The notes below the pieces were generated by a model. That model saw only the letters and a list, made by a program, of their open reading frames with translations. It was not told the origin of the DNA and did no database searches. A stretch of DNA of 64,000 bases from positions 137,485-201,484 of the forward strand of contig CAWIZP010000010.1 of NCBI GenBank assembly GCA_963840575.1. Reading direction: 5' to 3'. The position numbers and the translations under genes are program-made. This DNA comes from an uncultured Acidobacteriota bacterium. Lineage in GTDB: Bacteria; Acidobacteriota; Terriglobia; Terriglobales; Acidobacteriaceae. Positions 18,112 through 28,135 of this stretch are shown here, in pieces. Each line of letters opens with the position of its first letter. Within the stretch, counting starts at the first letter, position 1.

Positions 18112-19566
18112 GTGGAGTGGAGCATGGCCGAGGAAAACAATTTTAGACAACCGGAGGGTGCGCAGAGTGCCTCGCACGGTTCTGGTGCTCGTTCGTCGCT
18201 GGAGCCGAACGAAGAGCACCATGGCGTGAGCGTTCAAGCCCAGCGAGACGAGGAGATCGAAGAGATTCAGAAGCGTTCGAAGCATCAGCCGCCATCGATT
18301 CAAAAGCCACCTGAGCTTCCTCCGGCGCCCGGCCGCAAAGCCCTCATCATTGTGGCGGTCCTTTTGCTGGTGTTGTTGTTGGCGGGCGGATTCACCATGC
18401 TGAGCCGCGTGACCCACGAGCGTGCTCTGGCCAAGGAAACGGAACGCGAGACAATTCCCACCGTCGCCGTTGTCTACCCGCAATCCGAAAAGCCTGACGA
18501 AGACTTGGTTTTGCCCGGTTCGCTGCTCGCTTTTGAAGAGTCTCCCATTTACGCGCGCACCAGTGGTTATCTGGTGCGCTGGTACAAAGACATCGGTAGC
18601 CGCGTAACCCAGGGCGAGTTGCTGGCGAAGATCGACACTCCCGAGGTTGATCAGGAGCTCAATCAGAGCCGCGCCGCGCGGCAGCAGACCCTGGCGCAAT
18701 TAGAGTTGGCGAAAATAAGCGCCGACCGCTGGGAAAATCTGCGCAAAACCGATTCCGTCTCTGCTCAGGAAGCCGACCAGCAGACGAGCGGATACAAGCA
18801 GGCACAGGCAAACCTGGCTGCGGCCGACGCCAATGTCCGCCGGCTCGAACAACTGGAAGGGTTCAAGGAAGTTTACGCGCCATTCAGTGGAGTGCTGACC
18901 CGCCGCAACGTCGATCCCGGAGCCCTTATCAATGCCGGGGCCGGCGCAGCCGGACGCGAGCTCTTTGACATCGCGCGCGTCGATCCTCTCCGGGTTTACA
19001 CTAGCGTGCCGCAGGCTTACGCGCCATTCATAAAGGTCGGCGCCAAGACTTTCGTTACTCTGCAAGAGTTCCCCGGCGAAAAATTCGTCGCTAGTATTGC
19101 ACGCACCGCGGAGTCCATCGATCCTGGGACGCGCACTTTATTGACTGAGGTTGATGTTCCCAATAAGGATGGCCGTTTGCTACCCGGGTCGTTCGGCGAG
19201 GTGCACTTCGCTGTCGGTAATAATGTGAATAAGGTCACAGTGCCGGTAAACGCGATGCTGTTCCGGTCGCAAGGCGCGCAGGTTGCCGTGATCGGCCCCG
19301 ATAACAAGATACAGTTACGGAGCATCAACATCGGACGCGACTACGGCACCACGCTGGAAATTCTAGGCGGCGTCGCTCCCACCGATCACGTTGTGATCAA
19401 TCCCGCCGATTCGCTCGAGGATGGGCAACAAGTGAATGTAGCTCAAGGCCCGCCCAACCAGCAGCAAGGCCAGCCTTCGCAGGATCAGAAGCCACAGAGC
19501 CAGAACAACGATCACAATAATAACGACCAGCAGAATAACAATCAGCAAAAAGGCAGAGCGCAGTGA
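18112..19566 (+). CDS. efflux RND periplasmic adaptor (MFP) with Q/N-rich C-terminal tail
   Basis: N-terminal TM, coiled-coil and barrel segments (ARTSGYLVRWYKDIGSRVTQGELLAKIDTPE). Tail is NQQQGQPSQDQKPQSQNNDHNNNDQQNNNQQ. The start may be ATG 18124. Confidence 0.88.
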   Translation: MEWSMAEENNFRQPEGAQSASHGSGARSSLEPNEEHHGVSVQAQRDEEIEEIQKRSKHQPPSIQKPPELPPAPGRKALIIVAVLLLVLLLAGGFTMLSRVTHERALAKETERETIPTVAVVYPQSEKPDEDLVLPGSLLAFEESPIYARTSGYLVRWYKDIGSRVTQGELLAKIDTPEVDQELNQSRAARQQTLAQLELAKISADRWENLRKTDSVSAQEADQQTSGYKQAQANLAAADANVRRLEQLEGFKEVYAPFSGVLTRRNVDPGALINAGAGAAGRELFDIARVDPLRVYTSVPQAYAPFIKVGAKTFVTLQEFPGEKFVASIARTAESIDPGTRTLLTEVDVPNKDGRLLPGSFGEVHFAVGNNVNKVTVPVNAMLFRSQGAQVAVIGPDNKIQLRSINIGRDYGTTLEILGGVAPTDHVVINPADSLEDGQQVNVAQGPPNQQQGQPSQDQKPQSQNNDHNNNDQQNNNQQKGRAQ

Positions 19567-21062
19567 AGCGGGCCGCACTTTCATCGTTGGTCGCGCTGCT
19601 CGCTTTCGCAGCTGGATGCACCGTCTGTCCGCGCTACAGCCGTCCCGAGCCCTCGGCGCCCGCGCCCGACGCCTGGAAGACGCAGCCACCCTGGCAACAA
19701 GCCGCGCCCAAAGACTCAATTCCAAAGGGGGCCTGGTGGCAGGTCTATAACGACGCCACCCTCAACGCCTACGAACAACAATTGCTGCAAGCGAACCAGT
19801 CTCTAATGGCTGCGCGCGATCGACTAAACCAGGCTCGCTCGCTGGCGCGCGTCGCCACGGCCGACTTCTTTCCCCAGCTTTCAGCCGATCCCAGCGCGGT
19901 GCGCGAACGCGGCTCCGGCAACCGGCCACTGAACGGCGCCGTGCCCACCAATTCCAATGGCGCAGCTCAGGCGGTTCCGCCGTATACCCAAAGCGTCTAC
20001 GCAATTCCTTTCAACATCAATTACGAGGCAGACCTTTTCGGGCGCGTGCGACGCAACGTGGAGGCGGCCAATGCCTCACTTCAATCTACCGCTGCCGATC
20101 TGCAGAACGTACAGTTGGTACTGACCGCAGAACTCGCAGCGGATTATTTTTCTCTGCGTGAACTGGATGCCGAATTTCAGGTAGTGCAGGAATCGGTGGG
20201 ATACCAGCGTAAAGGCCTGGACCTGGTAAACGATCGCCACAAGGGCGGCATTGCCAACGGACTCGAAGTCGCGCAACAAGCCACGGTCCTCGACTCCACC
20301 ATCTCGCAGCTCGCCTTGGTGCAGCAGTCCCGCGACCAATTTGAGCATGCGATCGCCGTGCTGGTGGGCCAGGCTGCCGCCAACTTCAACGTGCCGGTTA
20401 TTCCGCTTAACGCCACGCCGCCCCCTGTTCCTCTCGGAGTGCCATCCGACGTATTGGAACGCCGGCCTGACATTTCGACCGCCGAGCGCCAGATGGCATT
20501 CCAGAACGCGCAGGTCGGGATCGCGCGTACAGCTTTCTATCCGCACATCACATTAAGCGGGTCCGGAGGCTGGCAGAGCACAGATATCACGCAACTGCTG
20601 AATGCTCCTAGCCTCTTCTGGTCACTCGGGGCCGATGCTTTGGAACCCATCCTTCAGGGCGGCCGCAACCGCGCCAATCTTGCCGCTGCGCGTGCGGCAT
20701 ACGATCAAGCCGTCGCCAACTATCGCCAGTCTGTGTTGACCGCCTTTCAGGAGGTTGAAGACGGCATCAGCAACCTGAGCACGCTGTCGCAAGCTCTTTC
20801 CACGCAGGGAGCGGCGGTCGAAGATGCCCGCCGCGCGCTCGAGATTGCTAACAATCGTTACGTCGGGGGAGTCACTGCTTACCTCGATGTAATCACGGCG
20901 CAGACTACGCTGTTAGCCAGCCAGCGGTTGGAGACGCAGTTGCTCGGTCAGCAGATGGTCAGCTCCGTCTATCTGGTGAAGGCTCTGGGCGGAGGCTGGG
21001 ACGCCAGCGAGATCGAGAAGCAGCAGGTTCATCCGCAACCGGGCCAGATCCTGCAACCTTAG
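19563..21062 (+). CDS. efflux outer-membrane factor lipoprotein (NodT family)
   Basis: Lipobox LLAFAAGC and a duplicated OMF helical/barrel pattern. GTGA overlap with the adaptor gene. Confidence 0.9.
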   Translation: MKRAALSSLVALLAFAAGCTVCPRYSRPEPSAPAPDAWKTQPPWQQAAPKDSIPKGAWWQVYNDATLNAYEQQLLQANQSLMAARDRLNQARSLARVATADFFPQLSADPSAVRERGSGNRPLNGAVPTNSNGAAQAVPPYTQSVYAIPFNINYEADLFGRVRRNVEAANASLQSTAADLQNVQLVLTAELAADYFSLRELDAEFQVVQESVGYQRKGLDLVNDRHKGGIANGLEVAQQATVLDSTISQLALVQQSRDQFEHAIAVLVGQAAANFNVPVIPLNATPPPVPLGVPSDVLERRPDISTAERQMAFQNAQVGIARTAFYPHITLSGSGGWQSTDITQLLNAPSLFWSLGADALEPILQGGRNRANLAAARAAYDQAVANYRQSVLTAFQEVEDGISNLSTLSQALSTQGAAVEDARRALEIANNRYVGGVTAYLDVITAQTTLLASQRLETQLLGQQMVSSVYLVKALGGGWDASEIEKQQVHPQPGQILQP

Positions 21063-21079
21063 CTTTTGTTTAGAATTTC

Positions 21080-21108
21080 TTGACATCCGTCTCGAACGGG
21101 CCTACTAT
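21080..21108 (+). promoter_or_regulatory. sigma70-like promoter candidate
   Basis: TTGACA (21080-21085), 17-bp spacer, TACTAT (21103-21108). About 110 nt upstream of the 69-codon ORF. Confidence 0.5.
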
Positions 21109-21217
21109 TATAGCTGGCGGAAATATTCCATCTTCCTCTTACAATTTTTCGCAATTGAGCGGCCTGCTCTGTATTTCGTCACTTAGCCGTCTGTCTTTAC
21201 CGTTCTAAGGGAGAAAC

Positions 21218-21427
21218 ATGACAAACACCAAGTTCCTCGTGAAAGTGAACCGCACTGGCACGCGTGCTGCAGAGTACGTGCAGCGCATCGATCGCACCCC
21301 GATCCAAACAACTACCAATCGCAAGCTGGCCCTCGCTATGGGAAGATTCACTGCCGAGGATGCCGTCAAATCCATCCAGAACTCCCGCTGCAACCCCGAA
21401 TTGGTTTCCGTCCAAGTCGGTGCGTAG
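21218..21427 (+). CDS. small hypothetical protein (69 aa)
   Basis: ATG is preceded by AAGGGAGAAAC. No recognisable motif. Confidence 0.5.
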   Translation: MTNTKFLVKVNRTGTRAAEYVQRIDRTPIQTTTNRKLALAMGRFTAEDAVKSIQNSRCNPELVSVQVGA

Positions 21428-21657
21428 CTGTGATTGCGGCCACGGCGTCGCTTACTACCACTTTTCGTTGACCATCCGCAGCCTCCCGGCGCGGATCGGT
21501 CGGCGATAGTTTTCTGTCGCTTCCACCATGCGGTTCCTCGTACACATCTCCAGTCTGCTGACTGATTTGGCACGCTAAACACCTTGCAGCTCCAATGCCG
21601 TAGTATCCTCACGAAGACGAATTCTTAAATCTCTCCATCCTTAAAGGATCCACAAAC

Positions 21658-23439
21658 GTGGCCCACGACCAAAAGGCCGGTTACAACCAATTTCTGCTGC
21701 TGGTCGCAGGATTAGGTGGCTTGCTCTACGGCGTCGATGTCGGAATCATCGCTGGCGCCTTACCCTACCTCGAAGCCACTTCGGGACTAAATGCCGGGCA
21801 GTTATCGATTGTGGTCGCTGCTGTTCTTCTCGGCAGCGTAATCTCAACATTGTTTGCAGGCACCCTGGCGGATTGGATGGGGCGCAAGGTCCTAATGGCG
21901 CTCAGCGGCATCCTGTTTGTAATGAGCATTCCGGTGATTGCGCTTTCGCATGGCTACGAACCGTTGGTCTTTGGGCGATTGCTGCAAGGCATCAGCGCCG
22001 GTTTGATCGGTGTAGTGGTCCCGCTTTATCTGGCGGAGTGTCTCTCGGCATCAAGTCGCGGCAAAGGTACCGGCATCTTCCAGTGGCTGCTCACTCTCGG
22101 AATTGTGGCTGCCGCCGTGGTTGGCATGTTCTTTAGCATTCGCGTCGAGGAAGTAGCAAGACTCGGCGATCCGGCGAAGCTCTTCGCCTTTAAAGATACG
22201 GCTTGGCGCAGCATCTTCTGGGTCTCCTTGCCGCCGGGGATTTTGTTTGTCATTGGCAGCCTGATCGTGGCCGAGTCTCCACGCTGGCTGTTCCGTCACG
22301 GAAGGGGCGCTGCTGCTCTTGCCGCGCTCTTGCGTTCGCGGACCAGCGAACAGGCCAATCTCGAACTTGCGGAAATGGAACAAGCTGCCGCAGCTGAGAA
22401 AGCGCAAACCTCTACCGGAGCGAAGGTTAAGGAATCACTCCTGCGCCGAAAATACGTAATCCCGTTTGTGCTGGCCTGCGTGATTCTGGCGTGCAACCAG
22501 GCCACTGGCGTGAACTCCATCATCGGCTACAACGCTAACATTCTTCTGCAGAGCGGTCTCTCTGACGTGCAGGCGCACTGGGGTTACGTGCTCTTCACCA
22601 TTGTCAACTTTCTGACCACTATCGGGGGCGTTCTGCTGGTGGACCGCAAGGGGCGCAAATTTCTGCTGTCGGTGGGTAGCGCCGGCATTATTGTCTCGCT
22701 TCTTTGTACGGGAAGTCTTTTCCGCAGCACTGAAAGGCTCCGCGTGGATTCCCGACCCGCCGTTCAATCCATGGTGAGTGTAGATCAGACGCTCTCGTTG
22801 CGTTATGACAACAAGATGGCCGATGTGCTGCTCGGGGGCGGTACGCTCGGCAACCGCCCCACATCGCTGGTGATCATTTATTCCTGTGGAGATTTTCGCG
22901 CTGCGACGAAAGCTGCCCGCTCCGACGATACTGCAGCCGCGCCCATTGAGATTTCGCGCGATGGCTGCCTGCCTGCCAATAAAGTCGTGGCTTTTTTCTC
23001 CAATCCATTTAGCGATCTCGAGGCCTCGCGCCGGGCGCCGCTAAGAATTGACAATGCGCTGGTGAGCCCAGTTCCCGACTCGCATCATGGCTGGTTGGTA
23101 GCGATCACCCTCTTCGTATTCATGGCATTTTTTGCGATCGGCCCCGGTGTATGTGTCTGGCTGGCGCTCTCAGAGCTGATGCCAACCCGCATTCGCTCCA
23201 ACGGCATGAGCATTGCTTTGCTCATCAACCAGGCAGTTTCCACCGGCATCGCCGCCACATTCCTGCCTACGGTCGGCAAATATGGTTACTCCACATTGTT
23301 CTTTGGTTTCGCAGCGTGCACCGTTATTTACTTCATCACCGCCGCTTTTTTCCTGCCTGAAACAAAAGGGAAGACGCTCGAAGAGATCGAAGCGCATTTC
23401 GAGGGCACAATAAAAAAGCCGGACTTGGCGACTGCTTAA
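21658..23439 (+). CDS. MFS sugar-porter family transporter with ~120-aa loop insertion
   Basis: GTG start. Sugar-porter motifs GRKVLM, AESPRWL and PETKGKTLEEIE. Extra hydrophilic segment at residues ~355-477. Confidence 0.88.
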   Translation: MAHDQKAGYNQFLLLVAGLGGLLYGVDVGIIAGALPYLEATSGLNAGQLSIVVAAVLLGSVISTLFAGTLADWMGRKVLMALSGILFVMSIPVIALSHGYEPLVFGRLLQGISAGLIGVVVPLYLAECLSASSRGKGTGIFQWLLTLGIVAAAVVGMFFSIRVEEVARLGDPAKLFAFKDTAWRSIFWVSLPPGILFVIGSLIVAESPRWLFRHGRGAAALAALLRSRTSEQANLELAEMEQAAAAEKAQTSTGAKVKESLLRRKYVIPFVLACVILACNQATGVNSIIGYNANILLQSGLSDVQAHWGYVLFTIVNFLTTIGGVLLVDRKGRKFLLSVGSAGIIVSLLCTGSLFRSTERLRVDSRPAVQSMVSVDQTLSLRYDNKMADVLLGGGTLGNRPTSLVIIYSCGDFRAATKAARSDDTAAAPIEISRDGCLPANKVVAFFSNPFSDLEASRRAPLRIDNALVSPVPDSHHGWLVAITLFVFMAFFAIGPGVCVWLALSELMPTRIRSNGMSIALLINQAVSTGIAATFLPTVGKYGYSTLFFGFAACTVIYFITAAFFLPETKGKTLEEIEAHFEGTIKKPDLATA

Positions 23440-23519
23440 CCTTGCCGAACTGGAGCGCTCCATAGCCTGCCCTGAGCTGGTCGAAGGGTCTCGCCGCTTT
23501 GGCGACACAATCTACAACG

Positions 23520-24881
23520 CTACGCCCGCTGCCGGAGACTATTCGGCTTCGAGCCGCTCAACGCGAAGAACAAAATATAGAGGTAACAGATTACGGGAAG
23601 AAAGAATGCGTGGTGAATCCCAATTCTGTCAGCAATTGCGCCCTGCGCGAGCGGAATTAGTGCTCCCCCGACAATTGCCATAATCATGATTCCGGAGCCG
23701 TCCCCGGTTAGCGGCCCAAGCTCGGCTACGCCGAGGGTGAAAATACTCGGGAACATGATGGAATTAAAAAACCCAACCAGAATGATGCTCCACATGGCGA
23801 AGTGACCCGTGCTCAGCATGGAAGTTGCAACCAGGGCTGCAGCACAAACGGCGCAAATGCCAAGCAACGGCCCCGTCTTCATCTTCTGCAGCAGTCCCGA
23901 TCCGATGAAGCGCCCGACCATTGCTCCGCCCCAATAGAACGCGACGAAACTGGTAGCAACCTTCTGAGTCAGGCCGCCGATCTCCGGCTGGCTAAGATAG
24001 TTCACCATGAAACTACCGATGGAAACCTCGGCGCCAACGTAAACGAAAATTCCAATCGCCCCAAAAACCAGATTGGGATGCTTCCAGATCGAGTCGTTTA
24101 CCTTTTCACCAACCTTATGTTGCGCGTGCGGAATTTTCGGCAACTTGAAACTTCCAATAGCAATCGCCAGCAGCACCAGCGCAATCCCCAGACCGATGTA
24201 AGGCAGTTTTACCGTCGACGCTTCGTGCAGGCGGTAGGCCTGCAGGGCAGCCGGCGCCATCGCCCGGATTTCGGGCATACTCTTCGGCTCCGCACTTAGA
24301 ATCAGCAGCCCGCCGAAGAAAGGAGCTAGAAAAGTACCAAGCGAATTGAACGCCTGCGTCAGATTCAATCGGCTCGAGGCCGTCTCGGGTTTACCTAACA
24401 CGGTTACGTAGGGATTGGCCGCCACCTGCAAACAGGTAATCCCTGTGGCGAGTACGATGAGTGCGATCAGGAACAACGGGTACGACGGAACCATGGCCGC
24501 CGGCACAAAAAGAAAGGCGCCCAGACCCATGGTCAGCAAACCTGCCACCATCGATCGCTGGTAACCGATCCAGTCAATCACCTTTGCCGATGGTATGGAG
24601 AACAGAAAATACGCTCCAAAAAAGGCAAACTGGATGAGCATGACCCCGGCGTAGTTCAGATCGAAAATCGGCTTCAAGTGTGGGACAAGAATGTCGTTGA
24701 GACAAGTCAGAAAGCCCCACATGAAAAATAGTGTGGTCACAACTGCCAATGGAACGGTGTAGTTCGTTGATGTTTGTGGAGCCGAAGTAGAGGGGGTGAG
24801 GGAACTGTTAGGAGTAACGATTGCCATAGGCGTGGATGCCACCCTCGAACGGGATTCTAGCCTTGTTCGCAAACCGATCAT
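23520..24881 (-). CDS. MFS glucose/galactose or fucose:H+ symporter family (GluP/FucP-like)
   Basis: FFMWGFLTCLNDILVPHLKPIFDLNYAGVMLIQFAFFGAYF is typical of the FucP/GluP family. 12-TM profile. The start may be the internal Met at 24827. Confidence 0.85.
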   Translation of the reverse strand: MIGLRTRLESRSRVASTPMAIVTPNSSLTPSTSAPQTSTNYTVPLAVVTTLFFMWGFLTCLNDILVPHLKPIFDLNYAGVMLIQFAFFGAYFLFSIPSAKVIDWIGYQRSMVAGLLTMGLGAFLFVPAAMVPSYPLFLIALIVLATGITCLQVAANPYVTVLGKPETASSRLNLTQAFNSLGTFLAPFFGGLLILSAEPKSMPEIRAMAPAALQAYRLHEASTVKLPYIGLGIALVLLAIAIGSFKLPKIPHAQHKVGEKVNDSIWKHPNLVFGAIGIFVYVGAEVSIGSFMVNYLSQPEIGGLTQKVATSFVAFYWGGAMVGRFIGSGLLQKMKTGPLLGICAVCAAALVATSMLSTGHFAMWSIILVGFFNSIMFPSIFTLGVAELGPLTGDGSGIMIMAIVGGALIPLAQGAIADRIGIHHAFFLPVICYLYILFFALSGSKPNSLRQRA

Positions 24882-24930
24882 AGCATCGGCGGCGGCACCT
24901 CCGGTATCCAGCTATTGAATGAAAGGAGTC

Positions 24931-24978
24931 GTCTCCCGCCGGAAATTTCCCGCGGGGCGAGACTAATTCGTCTTTTTT
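24931..24978. terminator. GC-rich imperfect hairpin between the arg operon end and the gluP-like gene
   Basis: GTCTCCCGCCGG-AAATTT-CCCGCGGGGCGAGAC. Flanked by an A-rich tract on one side and TCTTTTTTGT on the + strand side. The T-run is better on + than on the coding (-) strand. Confidence 0.35.
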
Positions 24979-24991
24979 GTGCCGTGTGCGG

Positions 24992-25507
24992 CTATTGCTG
25001 GCTTTGGATTCTAACCAGCCAGTTCGCGGGTTCTGGAAGAATTGCAAATGTTGGCAGCTTGCCGCGCACCATCGCCACTTCATCGCACTGGTGAAATCTA
25101 GGGCAGACGTGGCAATCCTTATAAATCTTATCAGGGAGATCCTCGCGCCTCGCCATCTCGAATCCCTGTCGCGCAAAAAACTCCGGAGCACGAGTAAACA
25201 GGCAGATGCAATCCACCCTGTGCCGTTTTGCCTCGGCCATCAAAGCCTTCATTAGCCGGCTTCCGCCGCCATGTCCCTGCGCCCGCGGACCTACCGTGAT
25301 CGAACGAATTTCAGCCAGGTGCGTGCCGTAAAGATGCAGCGCCCCGCACCCAATGATGCGGCCTTCCTCCTCCAGAACCACAAAGTCCCTCACGTTCTCG
25401 CAAATCTCCGCCAGCGTCCGCGGCAACAGAGTGCCGTCCGCGGAATAGGCTGAGATTAGTTCATGGATGTGCTTGGCGTCCGGCAAAATGGCTTTACGAG
25501 TGCGCAT
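24992..25507 (-). CDS. single-domain GNAT acetyltransferase, candidate short N-acetylglutamate synthase
   Basis: Start MRTRKAILPD at 25507 overlaps argH by 14 nt. GNAT core is RAQGHGGGSRLMKAL. Last gene of the arg operon. Confidence 0.75.
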   Translation of the reverse strand: MRTRKAILPDAKHIHELISAYSADGTLLPRTLAEICENVRDFVVLEEEGRIIGCGALHLYGTHLAEIRSITVGPRAQGHGGGSRLMKALMAEAKRHRVDCICLFTRAPEFFARQGFEMARREDLPDKIYKDCHVCPRFHQCDEVAMVRGKLPTFAILPEPANWLVRIQSQQ

Positions 25508-26927
25508 GAACCTCCTCGTCGGGCGATTTGATCTGGGTTGATGTAGCGCGAAGCGATTCGATTTTCTTCCGCGCCGCAGCAATCCCATCCCGCACTCTCG
25601 CCGGCGCAGTGCCGCCAACTACATCGTGGATCGCCAACACCGAAACCGGTTTCAAACACTCGTAAAGATTTTCATCGAATAACGGATTCAGAACACTCAA
25701 TTCCTCCAGCGTCAGATCCTGAAGCTCGCAATTCTTTTCCACGCACAACTTAACAGCCTTGCCGATCTGCTCGTGCGCCAGTCGCGACGGAACGCCGCGT
25801 TTCACAAGGTAAGTCGTCGCCGCCCACGCATTCATGAATCCGGATCGCGCTGCCTCGTTCATGCGTTCATGATCGAACTCGACTGCCTTCATCCATCCCG
25901 CAACCAGCGGCAACATCCCGAGAACTGCGTCTGTAGCATCGAAAAGTGGCTCTTGCGTTTCCTGCAAATCTTTGTTGTAGGCCAAAGGCAAGCCCTTCAT
26001 CGCAATCATTAGCACGGTTGCATTTCCAATGACGCGCCCGCTCTTGCCCCGCACCAACTCCAGCAGATCTGGATTTTTCTTCTGCGGCATTGCGCTGCTG
26101 CCCGTCGAATACGCCTCAGGCAGGTGCACAAAGCCAAATCCCGGCGTGGAAAAAATAATCATCTCCTCCGCCCACCGGCTCAGATGCAGCCCCAGAAGCG
26201 AAAGCGCATTGACGAACTCTAGAACGAAATCGCGGTCACTGGTTGCGTCGATGCTGTTTTCCGTTGGACCATCAAAGTCGAGCTCCTCCGCCATGAAAAC
26301 CCGGTCCAGCGGCAGAGTCGCCCCCGCGACAGCGCCTGATCCCAACGGACACACATTCAGCCGCTGGCGGCAATCGGTGAGCCGATCAGCATCCCGCAAG
26401 AACATCTCGACATACGTCAGCAGCCAATGCGCAACCAGCACCGGCTCGGCACGCTGCAAGTGTGTATAAGCGGGCATCGCGGCTCCGCCGGCTTGTTCTG
26501 CCCGCTCAGCGAACGCCGAACACACCTCGGCTAGATGACTTCTCAACTGATCGATCGCCGCTCTTACATACAAACGCAAATCTGTCGCGATCTGCTCGTT
26601 GCGGCTGCGCCCGCTGTGCAGCTTGTACCCTACATCGCCGATCCTTGCTACCAGCTGCTTTTCGACGAAATGATGTACGTCCTCAGCTTCATCGTCTTCG
26701 ATAAGGCCCTTTGAGGTTGCGGCCAAGTCGCCAATTTGCTGAAGTCCCTCAAGAATGCGGATAAGCTCGTCCGCCGATAAAACTCCAGCATTCTTCAAAG
26801 CTCGAGCGTGAACCGCGCTCGCCGCCAATTCATACTTCAGCAGCCGCTGGTCGAAATCAAACGAGCGCTGCCAGCGGCCGAATTGCGGATCGAGCGGTTG
26901 CCGGAATCTCCCCGACCACATCTTCAT
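25494..26927 (-). CDS. argH: argininosuccinate lyase
   Basis: MWSGRF N-terminus and the GSSAMPQKKNPD signature. Confidence 0.96.
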   Translation of the reverse strand: MKMWSGRFRQPLDPQFGRWQRSFDFDQRLLKYELAASAVHARALKNAGVLSADELIRILEGLQQIGDLAATSKGLIEDDEAEDVHHFVEKQLVARIGDVGYKLHSGRSRNEQIATDLRLYVRAAIDQLRSHLAEVCSAFAERAEQAGGAAMPAYTHLQRAEPVLVAHWLLTYVEMFLRDADRLTDCRQRLNVCPLGSGAVAGATLPLDRVFMAEELDFDGPTENSIDATSDRDFVLEFVNALSLLGLHLSRWAEEMIIFSTPGFGFVHLPEAYSTGSSAMPQKKNPDLLELVRGKSGRVIGNATVLMIAMKGLPLAYNKDLQETQEPLFDATDAVLGMLPLVAGWMKAVEFDHERMNEAARSGFMNAWAATTYLVKRGVPSRLAHEQIGKAVKLCVEKNCELQDLTLEELSVLNPLFDENLYECLKPVSVLAIHDVVGGTAPARVRDGIAAARKKIESLRATSTQIKSPDEEVHAHS

Positions 26928-28135
26928 CGCGCAACCTCCACGCGAGCTCGCGCGCGTGTACGAGAGGGAAGTCCCAGAATTCGGATGAATCCCGCCGCAT
27001 CTTTCTGATCGTAGCTTTCGCCCATTGTGAAAGACGAAAGATCGGTGCGATAAAGCGAGTGCTCAGACTGCCGGCTCACCACCGAAACGTTTCCCTTATA
27101 CAAAGACAGCGTTACACTGCCCGTCATTTCTTCTTGCGTGGTCGCGACAAAGGCGTCCAGGGCCTCGCGCAACGGCGTGAACCATAATCCGAAGTAAACT
27201 AGCTCCGCATACTTCAACCCTATGTGCTGTTTGAAGTGCGCAACCTCGCGCTCCAGGCAGAGCGACTCTAGCTCGCGATGAGCCGCGATCAGCAACGTTC
27301 CGCCAGGCGTTTCATAACAGCCGCGCGATTTAATCCCGACAAAACGGTTCTCCACGAGATCCACGCGCCCAATCGCGTTGCGCGCCCCAATCTCATTCAG
27401 CAGTTCGACCAGCGATACTGGATCGAGCTTCATCCCACCAACCGCTACCGGAATTCCTTTCTCGAAACCAATGGTGACCTCTTCTTCCTTGTCCGGCGCC
27501 TCTTGCGGCGAGCGAGTCATCTGCCATGTAGTCGCCAGCGGAGCATTCCCTGCATCCTCCAACTCTCCGCCTTCATGACTCAGGTGCCACAGATTGCGAT
27601 CACGGCTGTGAATTTTCTCGCGGCTCGCTGCCACGGCGATCCCATGTTGCTCGGCATAGTCCAGACAATCTTCTCGCGATTTCAACGACCATTCCCGCCA
27701 CGGCGCAATCACCTTCAACTCCGGCGCCAGCGCTTGATAGGTCAATTCAAAGCGAACCTGGTCGTTTCCTTTTCCCGTGCAGCCATGCGCTACGGCAGTT
27801 GCTCCCTCGCGCAGAGCAACCTCCACCTGATGCTTTGCGATCACCGGACGCGCCAGCGATGTTCCCAGCAAATATTTATGCTCGTATACGGCGCCGGCTT
27901 GCAGCGCGGGAAAAACGTATCCCGTCAAAAACTCCTCGCGGAGATCCTCCACGACTACTTTGCTTGCGCCCGTGGCATAAGCCTTTTCGACTACGGCTTC
28001 GACGTCGTCGCCCTGGCCTACGTCGCCGACCATCGCGATGACGCTGTAATCATAATTTTCCTTGAGCCACGGAATAATGATGGAGGTATCAAGTCCTCCC
28101 GAATATGCAAGTACGACTTTTTCAGGCATGAACAC
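26924..28135 (-). CDS. argG: argininosuccinate synthase
   Basis: AYSGGLDTS motif and length. ATGA overlap with argH. Confidence 0.96.
   Translation of the reverse strand: MFMPEKVVLAYSGGLDTSIIIPWLKENYDYSVIAMVGDVGQGDDVEAVVEKAYATGASKVVVEDLREEFLTGYVFPALQAGAVYEHKYLLGTSLARPVIAKHQVEVALREGATAVAHGCTGKGNDQVRFELTYQALAPELKVIAPWREWSLKSREDCLDYAEQHGIAVAASREKIHSRDRNLWHLSHEGGELEDAGNAPLATTWQMTRSPQEAPDKEEEVTIGFEKGIPVAVGGMKLDPVSLVELLNEIGARNAIGRVDLVENRFVGIKSRGCYETPGGTLLIAAHRELESLCLEREVAHFKQHIGLKYAELVYFGLWFTPLREALDAFVATTQEEMTGSVTLSLYKGNVSVVSRQSEHSLYRTDLSSFTMGESYDQKDAAGFIRILGLPSRTRARARVEVAR

Noticed and set aside
19434-19563. Q/N-rich tail of the adaptor protein, and the Ser/Gln tail of GlpF (about 32400-32471), as separate genes or repeats
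   Set aside because: They are in-frame low-complexity C-terminal extensions of the identified proteins. They are noted in the features but are not independent elements.
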